From Selaginella moellendorffii (Eukaryota; Plantae; Lycopodiophyta): 64,000 nt of DNA. Below, piece by piece: positions 37,652 to 50,653 of the stretch. Within the stretch, counting starts at the first letter, position 1. Each line of letters opens with the position of its first letter. The notes under the pieces were generated by a model, which was not told the origin of the DNA, ran no database searches, and was given only the letters and a program-made list of their open reading frames with translations. The stretch lies in assembly GCF_000143415.4 (NCBI RefSeq), contig NW_003314370.1, positions 1-64,000 of the forward strand. The letters run 5' to 3'. The position numbers and the translations under genes were made by a program.

Positions 37652-38079
37652 ATGATCATCAGACAAGGCCGGCCTGCGCAGGCGGAAGTGGAGACGGATC
37701 GTCACTCATGCTGCTCATGTTGCTGCACAGCTGATGATCAAATGCAACAGCAGCAGCGGCAGGAGTCTCAGCCTAGTTTCGATCATCACAGGATGATCAT
37801 GACCAGGAGCAGCAGCAGAAGAAGAAGATGGACATCAGTCTGTTGTCTCTTCTTGCTGCTTGCTCTTTCTTCCATGGGATCAGCAGCGGCTGACCCAACA
37901 TTGTCAAGAGGTGAGAAGCTTTTCTCCTTTCTTTTCTTGGTGGAGTTTTGAGATTTGCTAACTAGCACTTGCAATACAGGCAGCAGGAAGTTGCAACCAA
38001 TCCATGACAAGAGATTAGCACCATCATCATCAGTATCAGCAAGTGCGGAAGTCCAAGATCACAAGGTAAATTCCACCTC

Positions 38080-38124
<45 letters not shown>

Positions 38125-38436
38125 ATATATTTTTTCAAAACCAACCAAATTACTCATGAATCATCTGTTTGTTTGTGTTGTTGTTTCCAGTCTCATCAGG
38201 AGAGGACCAAGCTGGATTTCCCAAGCCCAAACAGGAGGAGCCCATCTGCTGGTGACAAGTCCAGGAGGGATTTGAGTGGGCTGGGGTCATCCCCACCACA
38301 GTGCAATTCCAAGTGTGGCTTTTGCTCCCCATGCAGGGCTGTGCATGTTCCAATCCAGCCAGGCTTTGTGAGAACCACAGAGTACTACCCAGAGGCATGG
38401 AGGTGCAAATGTGGCAACAAGCTCTACATGCCATGA
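37652..38436 (+). CDS. EPFL secreted peptide precursor, EPFL4/5/6 (CHALLAH) type
   Basis: Three exons (to 37910; 37980-38064; 38191-38436). Hydrophobic signal followed by mature GSSPPQCNSKCGFCSPCRAVHVPIQPG..EYYPEAWRCKCGNKLYMP. Start may instead be 37742 or 37793. Confidence 0.93.
38083..38121. repeat. (GA)n microsatellite in EPFL intron 2
   Basis: Directly visible. Confidence 0.9.
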
Positions 38437-39564
38437 TACTTACACACACATAACTCTTTAGAGGAGAAGAGCTTAGCACAGGTTTATATTAATGAAATAC
38501 AACTAGTTTTGGAAAGCTCAGTAGTAGGAAAACAAGACAAGAAAATGGATTTGATGGAGAAGCTCTGAGAAATGAATGTTGCCTCTTCAAAGTCCACCAC
38601 TTCACAAGTCAAACCTAGGCCAGTGATTGTTCAAGTGGATCACATGGTTGAGTGAGTGATGGGGTAAAAGTGACGGTGGAAAGCTTGATTTTTGACCTGG
38701 GACAATCTAGTAAACAGTGACCATCTCCATCTATGGATAGCAACTTACTTTTTTCTACCTTGTGATGGAGAGGGATTGACAAGATCGTCAAGAATTTTGA
38801 CCCGCCTTGTCGTTTGAAGACGGGCGAGTTTAAGATTTGTTTGAGATTAATATTGTTTGTGATCTCTTAAAGTCAAGCACACCAATCTCTCACTGTTGTA
38901 AACAACTTGGGAGATTTGGCATATGTTTGTGTAGAGCTTTTGAGGGGCAAATCTTTGGCAGCATCTCTCACGTGAAAATGGCCCACTGCTTATATAACAC
39001 CGCAAAGCCTGTTTAACCCCCCGCCCGCAAGACACGTCAGCAAAACCCCACCGACGTGTCGACCACGTGGCAGATGACGCGACAAGGGAATAAAAGGGGG
39101 AAAGGCTCTCCCTGCCGAGTTTTAGGGTTTATGCGAAACTTGGATTGATCGATCCATGTCCTGTCTTTCCTTCTCAATCGCGCTCACTCTCACTCGCGCT
39201 CTCACATCACAGATTTTCACACACAATCTTTCTGTTGCGTGCATTTAATGCAGATAGCCAGACAGGAACAAGGGCGCGCAGCGCAACAGACAAACGCAAC
39301 AGGGATTCTCCGGCCGCCAGGGCATTCTTGCAGCTCTCGGCCGTGAATCGTGATCTCCCTCCTCTCCTCCCCTCCCAATCGATCGGATAAGTCAGCGCCG
39401 AAAAATTCGATCTTCCTGGGAATCCCCGCAATATCGAATTCATCGATCCCAATGGCGTCCGCCCTTCTTAAATCTGGGAGCCGCGCCGCGGTATCCAATC
39501 GACACCCCCAAGGCTAGCCAGGACGATCCAACTCCTCTCCCTAGATCGATCAAAGTCCTTTGCG

Positions 39565-40190
39565 ATGATCGCCTCCTCCTCCTCTTCGCCGTCGTGCTCT
39601 TCTAGCTACTGCTACTTGCTCTTGATCCAGAGCGTCATCTCGATCTGCTGCTGCACGGCCGCGCGATCCCTGCTCGCTCCAGTCGGTAATCGCTCCCCCC
39701 GACGCTCCCACTCCCTCTAGCTGATCGCTCGTCTTGATTTTCTTGCCAGGAGGAGGAGGAGGAGGAGGAGGAGGAGGAGGAGCATTGGAATATCATGGAC
39801 ACCCATCCTCGAGTACCGATCTGGATGTCAGCCCCGCGCAGGTAAGATCCATCGCGCTCGTTTGGGCTTTTGGGCTATGGATTGGAGAGCTGGGATTCAC
39901 GCACGCCATTCTCGTTTGCGCAGCCTGCGAGAGGCGAGCTGAGCTTCAAGATCGGATCCAGGCCTCCCAGCTGCTCCAACAAGTGTAATTCCTGCCTCCC
40001 CTGCCAAGCAGTCCAGGTCCCAGCACCACTGTCTCATCACAGCCCCTCTTCTTCCTCCACTCCTTCCTCTTCCTCTTCTTCCCCACAGGGGGAATCTTCC
40101 TCCCCACCAAGCCAAGTCTGCAGTGAATATTCCAACTACAAGCCTGAGGGGTGGAAGTGCAAGTGTGGCAACAAGCTCTACAATCCATGA
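39565..40190 (+). CDS. EPFL secreted peptide precursor, EPFL1/2 type
   Basis: Three exons (39565-39685; 39750-39841; 39924-40190). Signal peptide followed by KIGSRPPSCSNKCNSCLPCQAVQVP...SNYKPEGWKCKCGNKLYNP. Confidence 0.93.
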
Positions 40191-40553
40191 CAAGCCACTT
40201 ATTATTTTTTTTTTTGAAGAGCTGAGATGTATCAGAGGAGTAGATTTTGTTTCTCCTTTTTTCTTGCTTTTAATTTTAGAACTCTTTTGTAAAACGCCAC
40301 TTTTCTTGATATTCTATCTGGTCAGATCAGATCAGATTTTTTTTTTGTCTTCCTCTCCATTCCTTTCTTCTTTTTGATTCTAAGGCTTTGATCCTTTTGA
40401 TTATCTAAAATGGCATGATATGTACACACATAATAAGTTAAACCAGCATATTTACAGCTTTCTTTCACTTTTTTTTGTCCTTCCTGTTGAACCTGTGCCT
40501 GTGTTGGTTGTAATCAGAAAAGTCGGAACTTCTCACCTCGAATTCTTGCGTCG

Positions 40554-43397
40554 CTAAAATGCGGCCGTGGGTCTCACGCGGTTGCAGACGGAACACGCTG
40601 TCGCCCCATTCGCGTTCACAAATGTACAGTTATCGCAAGACCAATGATCGTCACCACCGCGGCTGGAGCCACCATTTCCATTCCTGGAGCCGGCACCACC
40701 ACCACCACCACCACCGCCACCGCCACCAAGAATCCTAATCTTCCCAGACTTGCCTTTGGAACTTCCAGAGGCTTTGGAGCTCGCCCCTTTCCCAGATCGC
40801 GAGTTCCCCACATCTGAGAGCCCGTTCTCCAAGGCTCTTACAAGGTTCTCGAAGTACGTCTTGGTTACACTGTATAGGGACAAGACACAAGCGGCGTGAG
40901 TGATGCCAGAGGGGAGAAAGAAAGCAGCTAAATGCAAGTGGACGCTTACTATATACTCTATACATACACAGGCTCCTCTCTTACCTTGTGAGGCCCGCAA
41001 GCCTGGTTCGAAACTCGTTGAACGCGGCGTTGGGTGAATCCCCCTCTAGAAATATCTGCAAGTCCTTTTCAGCGCACAGATGCAAGCGCTCCAATCCGGC
41101 CTCTGCTTCACCTGAAGACATGCCAACCGAGGTGTTAAAGCTTTGTCTTCTTCACGGAGAAAAAGCGTCTCTCTTTTGCATTTTTTTTTTTGCTTTTCTT
41201 GCTTACGGAAGTACCTTGCAAGTATTCGAAAAACTGAGCCTTGGCCTGCTCCATTTCAGGAAGATAGTAGCCGTATGCGTAGGTCCACTTGAGAACACGG
41301 CGGCATTCTACAATCTGCAAGCAGAATTAGCTCAGTAAAGAAAATCTATGCTCCTGGTTTCGGCATCGCGGCTCTCACCTGAATCCACGCTTCCGTAACG
41401 AACTTCAACTGGGATACTGGCTGGCATTGCTTGTCACTGAGTTTTTCGATCTGCGTTGCACAACAGCAACGTATGAGCCTGGAAGTGTGAGGAAAAGAAC
41501 TTCAAAGACAGGGTTATTTACCTGAACCGTTTGCATCTGTTGTAGATCTGAAATCGCTTTCGTTTTGGACTGTACCATGAGCGAAGTTAGAAAGGCCTAT
41601 CAGATACTCAAATTGGAAACTCAACTGATTCGTTCGTGGCCCATCGCTCGTAGTAATGTGTATATCTCTCTAACGAGTTCTTAGCCATTTCCCTCCTCCT
41701 CTCAGCTTCATCGTACTGTTACACAAACAGGATGAGTCCGTGAAGGGAAACGTAAATATCAATTGGTACCACTCCCTCCTGCTTAGCCGCTTCGTATCGA
41801 TTGCAAGCGTAGAACCCTCCGGTTCGTTCGCCGTGTTCTGACCACGGACCGAGGCATAGCCTGTATAGATGGTAAACATGATGTAACTAGCCAAGAACGA
41901 CAGAAATGTGAACTTACCAGCAAAAGTCAAACTTGCACGGTGGCGTACAGGTAATGTGCATGCACCCCAAGTTCTTTTCTATCGGTCTTTTGCATTTCGG
42001 GCATGGTTTGGAGTTCGCCAAGATCCTGACAACAAACGTACGTGACAATGACTTGATACAAAGGCTGGATATAGTACCAGTTCATGTTTTCCGACTCCGC
42101 GCTGTTCTTGAGGATCCACTTTGCAACAGTCTCACAATCTACCGGTCGGTGCGCTTCCTCTAAGCACTAAAGAAAACCAAGCGTCAGAAACCTCAAGCGA
42201 CATCAAAAAGAAGAAAAAAACATTTACATTCCAGCAGAAATAATGCCCGCACTTGCAAACGATGTCGTAGGATCCACTGCCTGGTACAAACTCGACAGCA
42301 AATTCACAACCTGGAGCTGGACACCACTTCGCCTGCGCACGAGAAGAAAAAAAAAAAGAAAAAAAAAACAAAATTTCAGTATTCTTCCTATGAATAATCC
42401 ACTCAGTGGAAACAAAAAGAAAAAAAAAAGAGGAAAGACCTTTCTATTATCTTCAACGTAAGATCTAAGGAGAAATCGCATGTACTTGTTACGGTCTTCT
42501 TCCGAGACCAACGACATTATCATGTCATCCCCAATGGCAGCGCCACAAGGTGGATCGGGGCAACGAAGGGTCAGGCAACCTGGCCCATCCGTGATTGCCG
42601 TATGCATGTATCCTACACAAACACCAAAGTTAGCAGCGCGAAAAGCAAAACGAGTGAACTCACCAGTCCAACATATGTCACAAAACGAATGGTTACAAAA
42701 CGCGGGCGCCTTCATTCTATCAACAGAGCGCAACTCAAAACAGATACCGCATGTCGGCTGCAAAGCAAAACAAAATCTCCTCAGCACTTTTTCCAAACGC
42801 AAAAGAAGAAGAAACGACGAAGAAGAAGGGTTCGTAAAGTTACCTCTATAGCCATTGGAATGCTTTGGGACGTTGGCCTTTCGAGGAGACCCACAGACCG
42901 CCGTACCCGCTGCTCGTCCGCAAACCATTCCTCGTTTACTCTGCTAACACTCCTGCAACAACGCGTCACGAGAAAGAAACAATTTGGCGTCCCACAGAAG
43001 GCCAGGACGAGTCGACTAGCATACATACCACTTGAAATGTCTCAAAAGAATAACCGCGTCTATCCGTGGTACAGACAAAACGGTCGCAACACTTGTGATG
43101 GATTGCTCCTGCCTTTGCCGGATCTCAGCCTCACTAAGAATGACAAAGTTGATCTGCAGCGCAAAGAGGAAAAGCAAATGGAATCAAACCCTGGAAGCCA
43201 GTGCTAGAGCTCACCTGAGAGCATTTGGAGCTGGGCTGGAAGATATCAGCTGACTGATCGTCGAAGCCATAGTCCGACTCGTCGTCGCCGATCTCGTCAC
43301 CGTCCTCATCGCTTGGAATCATATCACTGTCCTCGTCCTCATCCCTATCGTAGTCATCCGAGGTGCAGGCGTCGTGCATGTCATCTTCCGAATCCAT
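40554..43397 (-). CDS. ARIADNE RBR E3 ubiquitin ligase (ARI5/7/8-like) with C-terminal RanBP2 zinc finger
   Basis: Acidic N-terminus [10 protein letters not shown]; RING1 [14 protein letters not shown]; [11 protein letters not shown]; RING2 [20 protein letters not shown]; Ariadne domain [15 protein letters not shown]; [14 protein letters not shown]. Confidence 0.95.
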
Positions 43398-43823
43398 GCC
43401 GCACCGCCCCCCTCCCGGTGGAATTCCTCCACACTCGCGAGCTAGAATCGCCGCACCATCCTGCCCTGCCCTTTCTGGCTGCACAGCTCCGCCGCCTGGA
43501 AATCTCACTCCGCGCCTGGAAATCTCACTCCATACCTCGAATTCCCCGAGGTAGCAGGCCGAGAGCGCTGGAAATCCCTAGCACAGACCACCGATGCGCG
43601 GCCCCGGGCGCCCGGCGTAGCGTGGCGGTGATGAAATGGCGTCTCAAGCGTTCTAGGGCTTGCGCACCAGGCTTGTGGATGAGAGAGCCAGGTTCGGGCA
43701 TCTCCTCAGGCTCGGGGGCTCCGTTTGGCTCGGCAAATCTAGGTCTGGCACCGGGCGCAACGCTTCACATGCCTTTACTCTTTAAAACTATGTATATACC
43801 CAAAATATTCGCCATTAGCTCGA

Positions 43824-46524
43824 TCAGATCTTCTGATGTTGTGTTCTCAATCTCTCGAATAAATTCATGTGGAGCTTTAGCAGCGAGAGGTCCTGTTGCA
43901 AGCTTTGTAGACGGGCTTCCGCCAATGCTACCTCGTCTTTCACGGTGCGAGCGCGTTGTTCTAGCCACGCTAGAGCATCACTCGATCCCCCATAACATCG
44001 TTTCATGCTTTCCGGGGTGTAAATCGTCTCGGGAGATTGATGGTGATGCTCGCTTGACACTGTGAGGAGCGTAAAGGCCTGCGAGAGCATCCATCATCAC
44101 GAAGTTAGAGAACTTTCCCAGGAAAACTTCTGTTTCCTACCTGCGCTAGCACGATGACGATAGCGATGAGGAGGATCCCACAGGCTACAGGATTCTCCGA
44201 TAGGAACCGCAGCACGAAGTTGCGAATGCCGCGGAGCAGTGCCGCGATTTTCTTCCGCGTCCGTACGTGCTCGCTTTCTCTGCTGTCAGCGATCAAGCTC
44301 AAGTCTTCGGATGGCTTGCTCCCTTCTGGCCACAAACGTTATTGTAAAAAAAGAGCGAGTTACGCATTCCAGGAGATCACCTGTGGGGTAATTTTCCAGT
44401 GAAGCTTCCACGCGTCCCGGGTCAGCTCTAGAATTGAGAACGTTGTGTGCCTAGAAGATTAATGTTTAGTCACAAAGTTTGATTGGGACAAAGCTAGCAT
44501 ACCTCTTGCACCCAAATCGAATACGTCTCCTTGCATTCGTCAAGTGTTGCTTGCTCGATCTTGCCTAAACCAGAATAAAAACATTGTTCTCACGCATTTA
44601 CGCTGCGAATATAGCGTACCTCTCCATAAGGTCTTTTTGGAGAAGTCAACGTTCATAGAAACGCGAACATATGAATGAAATGAGACTGGTTTAGGAACTC
44701 TTTCAACATCCCATCGCACCTGATTCCAGAAGTTCAGCAGAAAATTGATATTGCGGTTCACAATACCTCTACGTGAAAATAATCAGCGTATGGAATCTCC
44801 GACATTTGTTGCGACGTCTCAATGACCAAATGGCTGCACAGAAACTGTAAGCTTATTAATAAAATTCCAGAGTTCTTACCTGTCACGGTACACTCGAAAA
44901 CGTTGTGTTTCACTACATACAGCTGACTTAGGACCTGCCGGAGTTCCAAACATCAGTGAGAGTAAAGTAGCTTAAGACACTTACCAAAGTACAAGTTCAC
45001 TGGGTGGCGAAAAGAGATGTCACGGACATGGCCAAAGCGTGGATGCGAGGACCACAGGGTGGACCTAAAATCTAAAATATAATTTTCAGTGTGATCCGAA
45101 ACCAATGTGCGGTTCTCACCTTCATCGCCACATCTCTTACGAAAAACGTCAGCAAAATTGGTGGCATTATCAGAGAAGAAAAGCTCAAAGAAGTCTTGCA
45201 CGTCAACCTATCAGCCAGGGGTGAGCTCGAAGTAAAAGCAACCAGGTAACAGAAATACCGGAAATTCTGATTCCATAATTGTCTTGAACTCCAAAGGCAC
45301 TGCAAGAACACAAAATTTGTTTCTTAGCAAGCTAATGTTCCAGACCGAATGTTACCTCGAGAATAGACACGTACAAGGTGGAGGCGGGGTGTCTTCAATT
45401 TTCCAAATAACCGATTCATTGACACCGGGTTCAGTCGTTACTGCGCTGGAAACTGTGCTCTCTTCCAACTTTGGGAGAACTTGTTTTTCATCGCCTTCCT
45501 CCGTGCAGCCCACCTCTTGAATTTCGAGAATTTCGCTAGAAGTAAAAAGATGAAACCGATTGATCTCTCCAATGGGTAAGACTATACCTGCTTTTACAGA
45601 TTGTCGGGCTCAGTGAAGGCTGCGAAGGAATCATTTGCTCTAGCTGTTGAATTAAAGAAAGCGTAAGGCAAGTTGCTGGAAAGTTACTTCAGAGCGAAGC
45701 GACATACCAACTCTGATGTTCTTGCATGACCACTGTGACGTGACCATCCTCTTACAATTAATCTGTACGCTTCGTCGCGTGAGAGAAACGATGCAAAGAA
45801 ATACTGAAACAACGCAGCGATCAGCCTACAAGTGAAACGTCGAAACGATCTGCACAAGTTACCTTCTTCCCCCAAGCGCCAATCTCAATAGCATTTGGAA
45901 AAAGTCCAGCCGTCCATGACTTACGCACGAACGCTACGTCTTTCAATGGCAAAACTTTCTGAAAAAAAATTTAAAGAACTTGAAGAAAGTAGAAGAACTA
46001 TGTGGATAGATACCTTCTTCTCGTAGCCAAAAATGTTAGAGTAGAAACATATGTATTGCTCAAAGAGGTACATGTGTCCCTGCCACCGTTTGTTTGCTTG
46101 TTACTTTATTACAATGCGGACAACACAAGAACTGGAAATGGTGAGTAAAAAGACAAGAGCACCTGCAAGAGTATCTTCTTCTGGAAGGCGCAGTTAAAAT
46201 CCTGGACTAGAATCTGGAAAGAGAGAACAAAAATTCAGCGGGAGGAGACGTCGCGAAGAAAAATTCGATCACACCTCTTCAACGGGAAGATGGAAGAGCT
46301 TCCGATAATCCTCGCTCTTGCATGCTTGCTGCTGCTGCGGCGATTGCACAGCCTGCCGCCACAGGAAATCGCTGTAGCGATTCACCGACATTATCAAAAT
46401 TTACCTGGATCGATTGCGCTTGCGGCGCCACAAGGCTCTTCGATTTTTCGCCCTGTGAATCTGGCGACGCCTCGCCCGGCGGCGGAGACGAAGGCGCGAC
46501 GGGAGAATCCGGCTGCTTCTCCAT
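43824..46524 (-). CDS. GRAM + VASt/StART-like domain protein with TM helix and coiled coil (VAD1-like)
   Basis: DFNCAFQKKILLQGHMYLFEQYICFYSNIFG, FPNAIEI, YFFASFLSRDEAYRLI, IPYADYFHVE.RW, TM ACGILLIAIVIVLA and a C-terminal coiled coil. Confidence 0.88.
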
Positions 46525-46933
46525 ATTCGGCCCTCCCAGCTCTCGCGCAACACAAAACCCTAACCTCACTCCATCGCTTTGGCGCTCCCGGCCGGATCAA
46601 ACGCGGAAATACCAGCGCCTTGCCTCTTCTCCTTCCCTTCGCTTCTTGGCGGTCGGGGGTTCGATTCCCGGGACTATATACAGTCGCTATATAAAAATGC
46701 GAATCCAACCACTGCCTTCCATCTCTCTATTGACAATAGAACGCTCCAAACAAGAGGAAAGAAAAAAAACAAAAAAAAAACGTGGAGATAGATACATGGA
46801 GAGAACACTACACTAATAAAAAGGACGAACAAGACGCTGGAAAATTTTTGTGTTTGCTCTAAAGGCTTTCTTCACCATTGTTGGTGTCAAAAGCAAGAAA
46901 AAGAAATTGAGAAAGATGGGGAAAATTTTTTGC

Positions 46934-49138
46934 TCACTCTCGAGCTTTGCTGCTTGCTTCGTCGTCGGTACCATGGTGGCTGCTACCATGGTTACTGCCG
47001 CTGGTGCTACCATTACCACTAACGCTACCATCCTCGTCCAGATTTAAGTGCTCTAGCGTCGACTCGATGATCTGGACGACTTCCGAGCTCTCCTCCGAGG
47101 CTTTGTCTGGGACTTTGACGTGAAAAGAGAGAGTTGGAGCTGGCCCACACTTCCTGGATTGGGACTCGAGAGCTCGCTGCTTGATGTAGCTCCATAGCTC
47201 TATGTGAAAAGGATGTGACGATGAGAAGCAGCTAGTGCTGGGCTCTATCGGCGTGGTTTTCCCTCTCGATTCTTTGGATGGCCGGCAAAACTCTGGAATG
47301 ACACTCGCATCCATGACCTGCAAAGTCGAGAGAAAAAAAATGGTAAATATCGTTTGGAGAACTCCTTAACTTAATGAAGAAAACCATCACCTTAAGGAGC
47401 TCTTCTCTACCCGAGCCTTGCAAAACTTTGATCTTTTTCTTCGTGCGTTCTTGCAGCAATGGTTTGACAGCCTACCAGACGATGAAGCGAACAACTTAAC
47501 TTAGAAGAGAATTTAAGTTGTTTACCTTCCAGCACGCAGTGAAAACGTAAGGAGCATTGACAATGTAGTACGCGTCCGTTTTCTCGGGATAGTTTAGATC
47601 ATCGATGGTTGAAATGACCGTCAAGATCTGGAGAAGGATTGTATATGATATCAGGCAAAAAAAGAATTAGAAAACCTACCTTGATCCGGTTCAAAGCTGA
47701 TAGCTTGAGGCCAGTCATGTCAAGAATCTTCAAACACGAGCCTACGTATCGTCCCAATTGCCTTGACGCAGCTGGCTGGATTTGTTGACAAAAAGTGAGA
47801 AAAAAGCTTAGAACTACTTGAGAAGAAACAAAAGGAAAATACAAGAGGAGCATTGAAAAACTTACAAGAACAACACGGTCACGGTATTCGTTAATCTGAA
47901 TGTGCGATTGTACATACTTGTCAAGCTGGACAAGAAATCCCGAGTTAAAAACTTTAGGAGAAATTTTCGACAGCTTTTTGGCTCAGAGAAAACTCACCGG
48001 TGCTCTATCGTAGCCACTATGTCCTACTCCGATAGCAAAGACAGGTCTACCCTGAAAAGAATCTCGGGATCTGGATTATCCACATGATCCGGGAAAAAAA
48101 CTAAAGAACTTTCACGATTGAAAGTTACCTGCTTGTCGAATCCGGACATGCCAACAAGCTGTGATTCTCGGATTTCATCGTACAATTCTTTCGGCTCAAT
48201 CGGTTTCTAGGAAAAGGAGAAAAAAGCTTAAACAACGACCTTACTTAACCGAGAAATGAATGGACGAATGGAAATCAGAATGCTTACAGAGAGAATGTCG
48301 TCGATGTCGTTGCTTACTCTCCAATTTAAGGAATCCACAAGCTGGGATTGTCACGAACAAGTTAGCATCAAAGTCACTGACAGCGATGACGTTTACCATC
48401 TTGTTGGCTTTGACGACATTGCCTTCCCGCGCTCGCAGAAAGCGCTCCAGATTATTTTCCTTGAATCCTTGATGCATATTCTGATACACGTAAAAGCATG
48501 AGTGAGAAGTCCACCCAGAAACTTTTTGGTTTTGTAAGAAGTCAGTCAAGAAACGAATCCCATCACTCGAAAAAAAATCGATTCCACCATAAGAGCTTCC
48601 AAACAGTCCCCACCACGCGTACACAAATTAGAAAGAGAGAAAAAAAAGGAAACAAACACAAATATACAGGAAAGGGAAGCAACACGTTTCTAGTTTCAAA
48701 GGAAGAAAGTCGCTGTGCTCCAAGGAAAGACACTTAACACGCGAATCCATCCACACAAGACGTCGAAGCTCAGGCAAGAAGAAGAATCAAAAAAGACAAC
48801 TCTTGCATGGGCCAATCTCGCAAAAGTTTGAGCTCACCTGGAAAGATCGCTGGAGAGGCTCATCGGCTACAAACACCGCCCAGGAAACGTATCATGCGAT
48901 CAAAGCAAAGTGTTAGTTAAGTTGACGAGAATCTAATAAACAAAACGTAGAGCAAGAAAAAAAATAGCCATTAGAACAACCACCAAGCACCGTCCTAAGA
49001 AACTTAGAATCTATCAAGAACAAAAAGGAAAGAAGAACTCTCGTGGAACCAGAAGAGAGAACTGTGCCTGCTAGAGACTGGAGAAACTTTACCTTGTTCT
49101 AAGAGAGCTTCCATTTGCTTGATGGATTCACAATCCAT
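46934..49138 (-). CDS. Sec14/CRAL-TRIO phosphatidylinositol transfer protein
   Basis: First coding exon MDCESIKQMEALLEQ; LERFLRAREGNV, VQSHIQINEYRDRV, LDMTGLKLSAL, DDLNYPEKTDAYYIVNAPYVFTACWK and CFSSSHPFH. Confidence 0.92.
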
Positions 49139-50653
49139 CGTTTCAAGGGGAGCTCTTTATAGAACTTGACTCTCGGGAAGAAGAAGAATTTGATCTGTAG
49201 CGGTCGGACTTGAATGATGCTCTGCGCGTTAAATTTTTGGGAGGCGTAAGGAAGTATTTTTGGACTGGCTGGTGAGAAGATCTGCGATGGCTGGCGAAGA
49301 ATTTCTAGTTTCTGATGGGCCGACTCAACCGACGAGACTGTATGTATGGCTGATGAAGAAGGATGATGCAGTCGATCGAAGAAAAAAATTCTCGGCGGAG
49401 AAGTAGTAGTCGGAGCAGTAGCAGTAGTAGTAGTAGTAGTAGTGGTACGTGTAGATTCTCTAAACAAGAAGTCTCAGTGATTTACCTGGAATTGTGGCGA
49501 TGATCCCTGGATCCTGGGAGATCTGAAGCTACCAATTCTTGAGCCGCGACGATCTGGCCTCCACGGTGACATAGAAGAGACGCGTTGGTCGATTATAACC
49601 ATTAGCGCAAGAACAGCAATGGCGAGAAATTCCACCAAGAACCCCAATGGCGCGATTGGAAGGGGGAGAGGGAGAATTGCGCTGGCCGGCCACACGAAAT
49701 CGACGCGCTAGAGGAGGCCGCCGTGGATCACGGACCCAGCTGCCGTGATATTGTGAGAAAGCGAGAGAGATTGAAAGAGAGGGGATCAATCAAGGAATAA
49801 AAAAGAGAGAGGAGAGCGGTGGTCAAACACCCCACTCTGTTTCCCGCATTGCCGATTCTCACCCCAATTCTTGCTATCGCAGCGCCGATCTAGCGCAAGA
49901 ATACGAAGGAGAACAGGAAGAACAAGCGCGCGAGGAATTGCCGTAGGGCATCGCGAAACGAATCCAAGCCCTCATCCCCTCTATATATTACTCCGGCCGC
50001 GCGAGAGAGAGGAGAGGAGGAGGGAGAGAGAGGAGGAGGATGGAATTACTACTCGCGCCTTGGATTCCATTGCCGCGATTCAGAGTTCCCGAGGATACAA
50101 TTTCCCCCTCCCCGCCCCCCTCTCTCTGCGATTCTCTCCTCTTCCTCGGGGGAGGGCATATTCGGTGACACGCTAACCTAGATTCTTTCAACTATGCCCC
50201 GACCGTAACTGTAACTTTCATTCTTTTTACGGCAGGCAGTGGCAGGATTCGATCGAGGGACCCCTTTGCTCGAGCGCGCGAAAGGGGGTCCGAATTTATT
50301 TTAGGGCTAGAACGGGAGAAAAAGAGTTTCGCGCTGTGGCCGGCGCGATCGATTGCTCGATCAATCACCGCGATGAATCAGGGCAGAGTTTTTCTCGATT
50401 CTCTCCTGGGCGCCGCCCATTGTGGATCCATGAGGTTGCGGCGCTCTTCCGGGCGCGCCCACTTTTGCCCTAACCGGTAAAATAGGTTTAGGGCACACGG
50501 CGTAAGTTCGGTTTTTTTCCCAGTGGGCGGATCATGTCGCCTATGTGTAATTCCTGCTCCTAGTTTTCTTTGCTCCCATCCACGAGGAGAGAAGGAAAAA
50601 ATGTATTTTAGCGTGAGTGGTGCTGGATCCTGACGATTATTTTGATGCAGACA

